A DNA stretch of 64,000 nucleotides from Lachnospiraceae bacterium (GCA_963594675.1 CAVBGA010000187.1:19-64018); one strand, 5' to 3'; counted from the first letter of the stretch, positions 9,085-18,116 are shown. Translations and numbers: made by a program. Notes: generated from the letters alone by a model not told the origin.

Positions 9085-9339
9085 TTATTTCAGATAACCT
9101 GCGATTACATAACCGGTAAGGTTAAGGGTTGGGGAATATACCTTTGTATAGGTATATCCGTTTTTGTGGATACCTTTTTGAAGAACTTTTACATAATCTC
9201 CATTATGCAGTCTGGCAATTTCCTGACTCCTTGAATAGATCGGATTCTTTCTAAGAGCCAGATAATTTCTAGTGCCGGATACAATTGCTCCGCCGATTAC
9301 CATTTCCAGTGCCTTGTCATTAATCATTGTTCTCATCAT
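9085..9339 (-). CDS. double-glycine-leader peptide with SH3b-like domain (paralog 1)
   Basis: 84 aa. Leader MMRTMINDKALEMVIGG. The mature part follows an SH3b-like pattern (LALR..P..EIARLHNGDYVKVL..NGYTYTKVY..TGYVIAGYLK). RBS is AAAGGAGAA. By my hand alignment it is identical to ORF 54999-55250 at 55 of 83 positions. Confidence 0.75.
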   Translation of the reverse strand: MMRTMINDKALEMVIGGAIVSGTRNYLALRKNPIYSRSQEIARLHNGDYVKVLQKGIHKNGYTYTKVYSPTLNLTGYVIAGYLK

Positions 9340-9392
9340 AATATTTTCTCCTTTAATGTTTTTCTAAATGTTTTTTGTGTGTGTTTCATTTG

Positions 9393-9452
9393 ATGAGTCT
9401 ATATTAACAAGGGAATCTGAACACAAAAACAGAAAAACCATAAGGAATCCTT
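9393..9452 (-). promoter_or_regulatory. hairpin/T-run plus extended -10 promoter module (copy A)
   Basis: Minus strand reads ATAAGGATTCCTTATGGTTTTTCTGTTTTTGTGTTCAGATTCCCTTGTTAATATAGACTC. The extended -10 TGTTAATAT lies at 9401-9409. The segment is homologous to 54874-54930 and 53395-53450. Confidence 0.5.
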
Positions 9453-9656
9453 ATTTAAGCTTAAGGTAAACTAAATCCTAATAAGTATTTTTTTTCTGAT
9501 TTTCATAAATTTACCTCCATGAAGACAAAATTTATCATATAATCAATGCAAAATCAATATATTGAAGTGAGAGTGCAGGAGTTAAATGTTTCGTGAGTAG
9601 TTTTTGGTGTGTAATTGTGTGTGGATTAACTTATAAAATACTATAGTGAAGACATG

Positions 9657-9823
9657 AAAAAACTCCGGTTGGCATTCCGGAGTAAGTTTCATAAAGGAAG
9701 GAGTGAATCGCTCACTGCCTGGCACTGCAGGAGCGATTCGGTATGAAAAAGAAAATGGTTTTTTTGGATGTTTTCCTTCATCCGATGGTTATACTATACT
9801 GTGAAAATGTGACCACTTTGTGT
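9657..9823 (-). ncRNA. candidate small RNA / cis-regulatory element, copy 1 of 2 (strand tentative)
   Basis: Near-identical copy at 19652-19815, including a 46-nt identical core. On the minus strand it has a -10-like TATAGT, hairpin GGATG-AAGGAAAA-CATCC, a 13-bp hairpin GAATCGCTCCTGC..GCAGTGAGCGATTC, the stretch CACTCCTTCCTT, then terminator ACTCCGG..CCGGAGT plus a T-run. No ORF is conserved between the copies. Confidence 0.45.
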
Positions 9824-9846
9824 TCAAGTCTTCAAGAAAGTGTGAA

Positions 9847-10476
9847 TTAAAAAATCACATTTCCTTCAAAGATTAGACTTTCCACCTGAGTTGTGGAAAG
9901 TTGCTCGATACTTGTCTCAAAAACATTCTGGTTCAAAACAAGATAATTTGCCATATTTCCCTTTTCTGAAGATCCGATGGAGTTCTCCATACCCATACAT
10001 TTGGCTCCTTCTATGGTATAGCCAAACATCATATCTCTGACAGAAAGACATTCGGATTCCAGTTGCCTTTTCTCAAAACAGGAAAGGGGATCCTGGCGGC
10101 TGGCACCGATTTGCATAGCTATAAAGGGATTGGCCCGGTCGATTTCTTCCATACTGACAATATCAGAACTGCAGCTTAGGGAAGCTTTGCATTTAATAAA
10201 ATCATTGAAGGAATAGAAGGTATCAAATCGTTCCTGGCCCAGAAGCTTTAGTGCTTCATCCCCAAAGATGCCGCCGTTCCAGTGAGGGGTGCAGTTGATG
10301 GAAATGCCCAAATCCGCAGCTCTTTTGCGATCAGCCGGTTTGGTGAGCTCACAGTGAAGGAGTTCTACCCTTGTGGTAAAGGCAATACCAGATTCATTTC
10401 TCCTATACCTTTTTTGCATATTCTTTAGGCAAAAAAAGAAGCACCAGAGATTGCTCTCCAGCACTTCTTTGTACAC
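9847..10476 (-). pseudogene. C-terminal fragment of a YtcJ-like amidohydrolase (amidohydrolase_3)
   Basis: Only the last about 175 aa resemble the C-terminal third of about 540-aa amidohydrolases (..GISINCTPHW.., ..YTIEGAKCMGMENSIGSSEKGNMANYLVL..FEGNVIF). The N-terminal about 35 aa are non-homologous read-through. There is no room for the missing N-terminal part before the LOG gene. Confidence 0.6.
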
Positions 10477-10548
10477 CTAATCTTTCGCACAGGATATACC
10501 CTGGTATTATACAAGAGTCAAGTGTTTATTATTCATTTATCCTTCAAT

Positions 10549-11079
10549 TTATTGTAATAGCTGTTGGATCTCTTCAAGATTATTTGCAAAATAGACACCC
10601 TTCAGTTTGTCCGGATTTGCCAATCCGCATGCTACCATATGATCCAGTAAATTTTTGAGATGATCATAATATCCATTCAGATTGTAGAGAATGCAGGGAC
10701 TTGTGGTAAGTCCCAGGGTAACCCGGGAAATAATTTCGCTGATTTCTTCCAGTGTACCGGTGCCACCTGGGAAGGCGATAAAGGCATCACCAAGTTCAAT
10801 CATTTTTGCCTTTCTCTCGGACATATCTTTGGTTACAATTAGCTGAGTCAGTCCTTCGTGCTGGACCACAGCGTCAATAAAAAACTGAGGCTCCACACCG
10901 ATGACCTTGGCTCCAGCGGAAAGTGCACTGTCTGCCAGTTCCCCCATAAGTCCGGATTTGGAACCACCATAGACCAGCGTGTTTCCACTTTGCCCAATCC
11001 ATTTGCCCAGTTCCTGGATGGCTCCCTTTAAGGAAGGAGAATTTCCTTCCATAGCGCCCAGATAGACAGTAATGTTCAT
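10549..11079 (-). CDS. LOG family protein (TIGR00730; nucleotide 5'-monophosphate nucleosidase-like)
   Basis: 176 aa with motifs VYGGSKSGLMG and PGGTGTLEE. Confidence 0.9.
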   Translation of the reverse strand: MNITVYLGAMEGNSPSLKGAIQELGKWIGQSGNTLVYGGSKSGLMGELADSALSAGAKVIGVEPQFFIDAVVQHEGLTQLIVTKDMSERKAKMIELGDAFIAFPGGTGTLEEISEIISRVTLGLTTSPCILYNLNGYYDHLKNLLDHMVACGLANPDKLKGVYFANNLEEIQQLLQ

Positions 11080-11154
11080 AAAGTTACCTCCTGATTGGGG
11101 ATGAAAATCCCTATTTTATGTTCTGTGTTGTTTTTTGCATTTTAACTATTGTAG

Positions 11155-11997
11155 CTATTTTGTTTCTTCGTAAAATTCATTGAAGACATAGTCTTTTATT
11201 TGGGAGAGACGCTGTTGATCCTTTCCACCGACGGGAACACCGTCAATCTTATCAGCAAAAGTGCAAATATTGCTGGAGCTGGAAGTAAGAATTTCATCAG
11301 CACCCATCAGTTCCTCTCTGGTGAAGGGATGTTCATCCACAGGAATATTTAAGGCATGGCAGGCCTTGATCAAATGCGCTCTGGCAATACCGGGAAGAAT
11401 CAGATTGTCTGTGGGGGCAGTGCGGAAGACACCATCCTTTAAAATGTGAACATTGCTATGTGCACATTCGGTAACTCTATTATCCGGACGAATAAATACA
11501 GATTCAAAACAGCCAGCTTCTTTGGCTTTTTGTGCTGCCATAACCGACGGAATCAGGTTCAGGGTTTTAATGTTACAGTGGAAGAAACGAGTGTCTTCTG
11601 TAGTAATTAATTGCACAGGATCCTTGCAAGGATTTAAGACGCTGGGACGCAGCATAATGCTAAGGTTGGCAGGTGTGTTTTCCGGGAAAGCATGATTTCT
11701 ATCGGCAGTACCACGGGATACTTGATAATAGACGAAAATATCTCCGCTATCCAGTTTGTGTACCATTTCATTTAAAAGATCGGCAAAATTAGCCTTCTCC
11801 ATAGGAATTTCAATTTTCAGCATGGAGGCACTGCGATAAAAGCGGTCAATATGCTCCTGAAGAGCAAAAATATGATAGTTATGACATGGACCGGCATCAT
11901 AGACTCCATCACCGAAATAGTTGGTTCGGTCATTCATGGGAATGGTCATGTTGTCAATCTCATCGTATTTTCCATTATAATAGCCAAGAGTTTTCAT
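11155..11997 (-). CDS. dat: D-amino-acid (D-alanine) aminotransferase, class IV
   Basis: Strong resemblance to Bacillus Dat: FGDGVYD, EHIDRFYRSA, RNHAFP, CNIKTLNL, ECAHSNV. I chose the start at the second ATG (MKTLGYY), which has RBS AGAGGA. The ORF extends to 12015. Confidence 0.85.
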   Translation of the reverse strand: MKTLGYYNGKYDEIDNMTIPMNDRTNYFGDGVYDAGPCHNYHIFALQEHIDRFYRSASMLKIEIPMEKANFADLLNEMVHKLDSGDIFVYYQVSRGTADRNHAFPENTPANLSIMLRPSVLNPCKDPVQLITTEDTRFFHCNIKTLNLIPSVMAAQKAKEAGCFESVFIRPDNRVTECAHSNVHILKDGVFRTAPTDNLILPGIARAHLIKACHALNIPVDEHPFTREELMGADEILTSSSSNICTFADKIDGVPVGGKDQQRLSQIKDYVFNEFYEETK

Positions 11998-12120
11998 AAT
12001 AATTCCTCTTTTCATATATTTTCTTATATTTTAACACAGAAGGAAAATTTTTCTAGATGATTTGTTGGAGGAATTCCTTTATACTGAAATAGACTTTAAC
12101 ATTTTATAGGAGAGAATTTT

Positions 12121-12870
12121 ATGAGGATACAAATTCTGGCCTGTAGGGTTTTGACAAGAGAATTGTCCGCCCTAGTGCCCCAATGTAAAAATAATATTGA
12201 TATTACCTGGTTGCCCAAGGGACTCCACGACACCCCGGTGATTTTAAATAATTTTATCAATGAACAACTGGAAGCTATGTATGATCTGATTCATCGGAAG
12301 ATACAAAGAAGGGTTCCGGATTATATTTGTCTGGGCTATGGCTTGTGTTCAAAAGCCATAGTGGGACTTGAAGCAAAAGAAATTCCCTTGGTGATTCCTC
12401 GGGTGGAGGATTGCATCGCCTTATTTTTAGGATCCCAGGATAGATATCTGGAATATTTTAAAAAATATCAAGGTACTTTGTGGCTGAATAGCCGTTGGGT
12501 AGAGGATACGCCGGATATTGATGAAGACTATGATGATAAGCTGCGGGCTCAATACATGGAAGAGTATGATGAGGACGAAGATACAGTAGATTACCTTATG
12601 GAGATGCATCGGGATCATTTGGCGAATTATGAAAATGTAGGATATATCAGCACGGATACTTTTGATGAAAGAGCACAGAAGGCGGTGGCTCAGTCCTATG
12701 CCAAACGATACCAATTAAATTTCTTGGATTTTGAAGGAGACAATAGCATATTAAGGAAAATGGTCAATGGAGATTTTGATGAAAAGAATTTTCTAATTGT
12801 ACCACCAGGATATCAAGTGGAATATACAAACGGCACAGAACGTATTATTGCGGTAAAAAGTCGGGATTGA
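12121..12870 (+). CDS. DUF1638-like protein
   Basis: 249 aa with MRIQILACRVLTREL.., LPKGLHD and GYGLCSKAIVGL..LVIPRVEDCIALFLGS, matching my recollection of the DUF1638 family pattern. Confidence 0.6.
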   Translation: MRIQILACRVLTRELSALVPQCKNNIDITWLPKGLHDTPVILNNFINEQLEAMYDLIHRKIQRRVPDYICLGYGLCSKAIVGLEAKEIPLVIPRVEDCIALFLGSQDRYLEYFKKYQGTLWLNSRWVEDTPDIDEDYDDKLRAQYMEEYDEDEDTVDYLMEMHRDHLANYENVGYISTDTFDERAQKAVAQSYAKRYQLNFLDFEGDNSILRKMVNGDFDEKNFLIVPPGYQVEYTNGTERIIAVKSRD

Positions 12871-12937
12871 CTTGTAAAAGGCTTTGCTATATAAAGGATA
12901 TAAAGCATTGTTAAATAAAAGAAAAGGAGCATGAACA

Positions 12938-13522
12938 ATGAAAGTTGTATTAATGAATGGAAGTAGAAGAGAAAAAGGTTGTACTTATACAGCGATGACC
13001 CTTGTAGCAGAAGAGCTGAATAAAGCAGGAATCGATACAGAAATTTTGCATGTAGGCGGTGCAGATTCTATGAATGGCAATATCAATAAGCTGGTAGATT
13101 CTTTGGCTGAGAAGGTAAAAGAGGCAGATGGTATCGTAATCGGTTCACCAGTATATTATGCATCACCATCAGGCGAGATCCTGGCTGTTCTGGACAGACT
13201 GTTCGGCAAGGCTGAGAACGATTTGAGATATAAACCCTGTGCTGTTCTGGCATCTGCAAGAAGAGCAGGAACTACGGCAACTCTTGATGTATTAAATAAA
13301 TATGCAAGCTATTGTGAGATGCCTTTGGTAACTTCTCGTTACTGGAATATGGTGCATGGTTCTAAGCCGGAAGACGTACTTCAGGATAAAGAGGGTGTGC
13401 AGATCATGCAGGTTCTGGGAAAGAACATGGCATGGATGCTTAAGAGTATTGAGGCAGGAAAGAAAGCAGGCGTAGAGCAGCCGCAGCCAGTAGAAAAAGA
13501 AATGACAAACTTTATCAGATAA
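12938..13522 (+). CDS. flavodoxin-like NAD(P)H-dependent FMN reductase family protein
   Basis: 194 aa with MKVVLMNGSRREKGCTY.. and GIVIGSPVYYASPSG, typical of the flavodoxin-fold FMN reductase/iron-sulfur flavoprotein family. Confidence 0.7.
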   Translation: MKVVLMNGSRREKGCTYTAMTLVAEELNKAGIDTEILHVGGADSMNGNINKLVDSLAEKVKEADGIVIGSPVYYASPSGEILAVLDRLFGKAENDLRYKPCAVLASARRAGTTATLDVLNKYASYCEMPLVTSRYWNMVHGSKPEDVLQDKEGVQIMQVLGKNMAWMLKSIEAGKKAGVEQPQPVEKEMTNFIR

Positions 13523-13536
13523 TGTAAGGTGCAGAA

Positions 13537-14157
13537 ATGAAAAATAGAAAAAAATACAGTTTGTTGTTGATTTTGGCACTGTGTCTGTCTATGGTGATGG
13601 CAGAGCCAGCTTTGGCAGCAACCAAACAGTTATCTACTCCAAAACTGTCAACCTTTAAGAAATCAGGGAAAAAGATTAGCTTAAAGGATTATAGTTTCTG
13701 TTTTGGCAAGTTTACAGATAATGGGCAAAATACAGGCAGCGCCTATGCTAATTATTATTATACCTTCACTGCAACGAAGACAGGAAAATATACCTTCCGT
13801 TTTGTGGGGGAAAGCTTCTGTGATCATAAAAGTTCAGAAGCTTGTAATCTGTCCACGGTATGCATTTATAAAAAAGTGGGAAATAGCCTTGTAGCCAGAA
13901 GGGCAACCACACAGGGTGGAGCAAGCTCAACGATTTATGTAAATGAAAGAGCAGGCAAGAGCAAAACGGCATCCAGTATAGCGAAGCCACTTCACTATCG
14001 TTATGCTCGTATGAATCTGAAAAAGGGAGATACCATTTATTTCAAGGTTCAGCCGGGACAAAATGCGAGAATCCTGTTTGACGTATTCCAGGGAACCAAA
14101 GCTCCGAAAACAGGAAATAATGCCTATTTTACAAAGTATTTTGTGAATAGCTACTAA
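13537..14157 (+). CDS. secreted hypothetical protein (signal peptide; PPC-like beta-sandwich?)
   Basis: 206 aa. N-terminal signal MKNRKKYSLLLILALCLSMVMAEPALA. The YYYTFTATKTGKYTFRF pattern resembles pre-peptidase C-terminal domains. Confidence 0.6.
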   Translation: MKNRKKYSLLLILALCLSMVMAEPALAATKQLSTPKLSTFKKSGKKISLKDYSFCFGKFTDNGQNTGSAYANYYYTFTATKTGKYTFRFVGESFCDHKSSEACNLSTVCIYKKVGNSLVARRATTQGGASSTIYVNERAGKSKTASSIAKPLHYRYARMNLKKGDTIYFKVQPGQNARILFDVFQGTKAPKTGNNAYFTKYFVNSY

Positions 14158-14165
14158 GTAGTAAA

Positions 14166-14230
14166 ATAAAAAAAGACAGCTGTCAAGGTTTGATTAACCG
14201 ATTTCGGTATCCTTGGCAGCTGTTTGTTTT
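14166..14230. terminator. bidirectional intrinsic terminator
   Basis: A-run, stem AGACAGCTGTCAAGG / CCTTGGCAGCTGTT, then a T-rich tail. It sits between convergent genes. Confidence 0.7.
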
Positions 14231-14305
14231 ATTCAGCGATTATTTATCGTGTGTTCTAACATAGGAAATCTTAACAAAATTTCCTTCCTATACAGGAGAA
14301 ATGAA

Positions 14306-16048
14306 TTAGATGCGCTCCTGTACCTTTTCATTGATCTCAGCATAGAGGGAATCCATCAGTTTATTGATCTCACTGATAATATCTTCTTTTTTCACCCGGG
14401 TATTGACACGTTTGTCGCGGGTGGAGAGCTCAACTTCTCCTTCTTTCAGGGCTTTAGGACCAACGGTGACTCTTACCGGAACACCTAACAGGTCTGCGTC
14501 ATTGAACATGAAGCCGGCACGGACATCTCTGTCATCGTAGATAACTTCAACGCCCTGGTTCTGAAGTTCATTGTAGATATAGTCAGCCATTTCCTTGCAG
14601 TCTGTATTGTCTACACGCATGCAGCAAAGGTGTACCTGCCAAGGAGCTACAGTGATAGGCCAGATAGGACCTTTGTCATCATGAAGGGCTTCACAGATGC
14701 AGGCAGCCATACGACCGATACCGATACCATAGCAACCCATGATCGGATATTTGGAATTGCCTTCCTCATCGATATACGTCATATCCATGCTCTCTGTATA
14801 TTTGGTTCCCAGCTGGAAGATATTGCCGGCCTCGATACCACGGCTGATACGGATTGTCTTTTTACCGCAGCATGGGCAGATGCCGCCTTCTTTGATCTTG
14901 CTGACATCGACATATTCTACGTCTCCAATATCGCGTTTGATATTCAGACCAACATAGTGGTAGTCTATTTCATTGGCACCACAGCAGAGATTTTCAATGC
15001 CTTCCAGGGATTTATCATAAATGATTTTGCAGTTTGCTTCCTGTTTATAAGGTCCGCAGAAACCAGCAACCAGTCCGCTTTCCGGAGTAACTTCAGCAGG
15101 ATGTACTTTTTCTCCAAGAAGATTGGTAAGTTTGGTCTCATTTACCTCATAATCACCACGGAGATAAACAACAACATATTCATCGGTAGCATTCAGCTGG
15201 TACATAACAGCTTTGCAGGACTCCTCTACCTTACTCTTCAGGAAGCTACATACCTCCTCGATGGTCTTGCAATTTGGTGTATGGATTTTCTGAAGCTCAG
15301 CAGCGGCAGAGCTTCCGCTATTATCAACGGTGGTGTCAGCAGCTTCCATATTTGCAGTATAACCACACTCGTCACAGATAACGATGGTATCCTCACCGGC
15401 ATCTGCCAACAGCATATACTCATGGGAAACGCTTCCGCCGATCATTCCAGAGTCAGATTTAACGGAGATAACATCCGGGATACCAGCTCTCTGGAAAATT
15501 CTATAGTAGGCATTTGCCATTTTCTCGTAGTAAGCTTCCAGGTCTTCCTGGGAAGTATGGAAGGAGTAAGCATCCTTCATGGTAAACTCTCTAACACGGA
15601 TCAGGCCGGCACGGGGTCTTGCTTCGTCACGGTATTTAGTCTGAATCTGATAAATAGAGAAAGGATAGTTAGCATAAGTGCGTCCATAATCTCTAGCCAA
15701 ATGAACAGCAGCTTCTTCATGGGTCATACCCAACACCATAGGAGTGTCATTACGATCCTTGAATCTCAGTAATTCATCCCCAACGCTTGTATATCTTCCG
15801 GATTCCTCCCAAAGAGATGCTGGCATTACCACTGGAAACTGAACCTCCTGAGAGTCTACAGCGTCCATTTCCTCACGGATGATGCGCTCGATATTTTTGG
15901 TGATTTTCTTCATGGGTGCATACAGGGAAAAGATACCGTTGGAAACATGCTTGATATATCCGCCTCTGATGCTGAATGTATGGCTGTCAATGACACAGTC
16001 AGCCGGTTTTTCTTTAAATCTTACGCCTACAAGTTTACTGAGTTTCAT
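14306..16048 (-). CDS. proS: proline--tRNA ligase (bacterial type with editing insertion)
   Basis: About 580 aa. MKLSKLVGVRFKEKPADCVIDSHTFSIRGGYI.. is a classic ProRS N-terminus. I chose the start at M13 of the ORF, which has RBS AAGGAG. Confidence 0.95.
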   Translation of the reverse strand: MKLSKLVGVRFKEKPADCVIDSHTFSIRGGYIKHVSNGIFSLYAPMKKITKNIERIIREEMDAVDSQEVQFPVVMPASLWEESGRYTSVGDELLRFKDRNDTPMVLGMTHEEAAVHLARDYGRTYANYPFSIYQIQTKYRDEARPRAGLIRVREFTMKDAYSFHTSQEDLEAYYEKMANAYYRIFQRAGIPDVISVKSDSGMIGGSVSHEYMLLADAGEDTIVICDECGYTANMEAADTTVDNSGSSAAAELQKIHTPNCKTIEEVCSFLKSKVEESCKAVMYQLNATDEYVVVYLRGDYEVNETKLTNLLGEKVHPAEVTPESGLVAGFCGPYKQEANCKIIYDKSLEGIENLCCGANEIDYHYVGLNIKRDIGDVEYVDVSKIKEGGICPCCGKKTIRISRGIEAGNIFQLGTKYTESMDMTYIDEEGNSKYPIMGCYGIGIGRMAACICEALHDDKGPIWPITVAPWQVHLCCMRVDNTDCKEMADYIYNELQNQGVEVIYDDRDVRAGFMFNDADLLGVPVRVTVGPKALKEGEVELSTRDKRVNTRVKKEDIISEINKLMDSLYAEINEKVQERI

Positions 16049-16063
16049 GAAGTCTCCTTTCTT

Positions 16064-16220
16064 AAATAAAAAAATCCTAAGCATACCATGCGTATATGCT
16101 TAGGACGAATAAAATCTGCATAAATCTGCGTTACCACCTAAAAAATGAATTAAAATAATTCCATTCAACGCATTTATAATAAAGTACCACTTCGAACCTT
16201 AAAAGTCAATCAAATAGACA
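16064..16220 (-). promoter_or_regulatory. possible T-box-like leader (antiterminator/terminator) upstream of proS
   Basis: Minus strand contains TTAGGTGGTAACGCAG, close to the T-box consensus AGGGTGGTACCGCG. Next comes terminator CCTAAGCATA..TATGCTTAGG plus a T-run. TTAGG can alternatively pair with CCTAA. I could not identify Stem I or the specifier. Confidence 0.4.
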
Positions 16221-16223
16221 AGC

Positions 16224-16958
16224 TTAATTCCTGTCGTCCGCTGGATTACTGTTCAAATCAATCAAATGATTTCCTTCCTGGGCATCTCCGCAGATGGTCA
16301 CAGACAGAGCCAGTCCCAGAGGAATAACGGTTAACCAAATGGATTTTACGGATAAGAAGGGCACCATAACTGTCAAAAGAATAACACCTAGCATAAAACA
16401 AGCTAACATACGAAGATGTTTGAGGCAGTTTCTTTTGGCTTGGTGGTTGCCATTTTTTACATAGTCTACAAACCAGGTACCAATCTGGCGGATATGGTTG
16501 GTGGCAAAGGTAGTACTCATACCCAGATGCTCGGATTTTCGGAAGGCAGAAAACTGCATAGAGGCAATAAAATTAACCATAACCTGAGCAACCTGATCCG
16601 GAACACTTTTGGGAACCAAACCCACTACAAAAAGCAGGATGATTTCTAAACCGATAACGAAGCGTTCACTATGAAGACCAAATTTTTTCTCCAGATCCGG
16701 GAGAAACCACATAGTACAGATGGCACCTCCCAGATATGCGGAGATTGGTATAATGAAGTAGAGGGCGGACATGATATTGCCTTGACCTATATTGATGGCC
16801 AGCATTACCACATTCAAGGTCTGTGCATTGCAAAAGACCTCACCCCGCAGAAGATAGGTATAAGCGCCCATCATTCCTGCAACGACAATAAGAATTTCGA
16901 AGAGGAAATGGCGGTCGCAGAATAATTGAAAGGTATTGTTTTCGTTTGCTGTATTCAT
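16224..16958 (-). CDS. DUF1275 (YoaK-like) family membrane protein
   Basis: Multi-pass membrane ORF. I chose the start at MNTANEN, which has RBS GGGGAG. The ORF extends to 17021. Confidence 0.7.
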   Translation of the reverse strand: MNTANENNTFQLFCDRHFLFEILIVVAGMMGAYTYLLRGEVFCNAQTLNVVMLAINIGQGNIMSALYFIIPISAYLGGAICTMWFLPDLEKKFGLHSERFVIGLEIILLFVVGLVPKSVPDQVAQVMVNFIASMQFSAFRKSEHLGMSTTFATNHIRQIGTWFVDYVKNGNHQAKRNCLKHLRMLACFMLGVILLTVMVPFLSVKSIWLTVIPLGLALSVTICGDAQEGNHLIDLNSNPADDRN

Positions 16959-17201
16959 CAGCATCACTCCCCATAAAATACCGATATTAATTATACATAC
17001 ATTTTTGGTTACAGAGTTCATAGCAACTCTAATTTACCTCGTTAGAGTATAGTATGGCATAATACTGTTTTCAAACTGTTTTATTTTGTTTATAATGAAG
17101 TAAAAATACTGTAATTTATGATTTCAGAACATTTATCAGCGAGGAAAATCTGATATTTTGTAAAAATAAACAGATGAAATTTCTAAATATGGAGAAATAT
17201 T

Positions 17202-18116
17202 ATGAATTTTTCAAGTTTGACCTATTTTATGGCCGTGGAAGAAGAGAGAAATTTTACAAGGGCTGCAGAAAAATTGCATATTACCCAACAGACCTTGGGG
17301 GCTCATATTGCTGCGACGGAGAAGGAATTGGGCTGTCCTCTATTTATACGGCATAAGCCCCTGGAGCTGACAGAAGGAGGACGGATTTTTAAAGAATATG
17401 CTATGATTTTAAATCAGACCTATGAGTCTATGCTTCGTGAAATCGATGATCTTAGCAATCAGAAAAGTGGCGTGGTCCGTATAGGTGTGTCTGTCACCAG
17501 GGGCCGTACCCTAATGCCAGATCTTATTGCCCACTTTGCAGAACAATATCCCGGTTATGAAGTGCAGATTATCGAGGGGTCCAATAGCCAGCTACAGGAG
17601 CATCTGTTAAACAATGTGATTGATCTGGTTATCGCCAATTTTTCGGGAGATATTCCCGGTATTCGTCAATATCCCTTTTATGAGGAAGAGGTGGTAATGG
17701 TGGTAGCGGAAGAACTTTTAGAGAAATTACATGTAAGAAATATTCGTGAGATAGATTATGCTTCTATGAAGGACTGGCCTTTTATTATGGGGAAACCGGA
17801 TGATATGGCCGGGCAGGTGGGCCGGCAATTTTTCCGTATGCAAAACATCCGGCCTAGGGTGAAAGCCCAGGCCGGAAGTATGGAGACGATATTGCGTCTT
17901 TGTATGAGAGGTATCGGTGCTGCCTTCTGTCAAAGGAATCTTTTGCAGGATGCCATGGAATGGGAAGGAATTCGCAATCTTCGGGTGATTTCTCTTCCTG
18001 AAAATGCCAGATACCAGATTTGCTTTGGCTTGGCAGAGAAAAACAGAAATTGGAAAATCCTGATGGATCTAATGGATATCGCCCGCGAAAATCGTCAAGA
18101 CTCCAAGGAGGTCTGA
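17202..18116 (+). CDS. LysR family transcriptional regulator
   Basis: 304 aa with N-terminal HTH LTYFMAVEEERNFTRAAEKLHITQQTLGAHIAATEKELGCPLF. Confidence 0.9.
   Translation: MNFSSLTYFMAVEEERNFTRAAEKLHITQQTLGAHIAATEKELGCPLFIRHKPLELTEGGRIFKEYAMILNQTYESMLREIDDLSNQKSGVVRIGVSVTRGRTLMPDLIAHFAEQYPGYEVQIIEGSNSQLQEHLLNNVIDLVIANFSGDIPGIRQYPFYEEEVVMVVAEELLEKLHVRNIREIDYASMKDWPFIMGKPDDMAGQVGRQFFRMQNIRPRVKAQAGSMETILRLCMRGIGAAFCQRNLLQDAMEWEGIRNLRVISLPENARYQICFGLAEKNRNWKILMDLMDIARENRQDSKEV

Noticed and set aside
9743-9850. 35-codon plus-strand ORF (MKKKMVFLDVF..) inside element copy 1
   Set aside because: The corresponding ORF in copy 2 stops after 7 codons (MKKKLVF*), so it is not conserved and no SD precedes it. 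The minus-strand ORFs also differ in frame because of a 1-nt indel.
14630-15772. 380-aa ORF on the plus strand
   Set aside because: It lies entirely antisense to proS, whose identity is unambiguous. The translation is low-complexity with no recognisable motifs. It is a typical shadow ORF.
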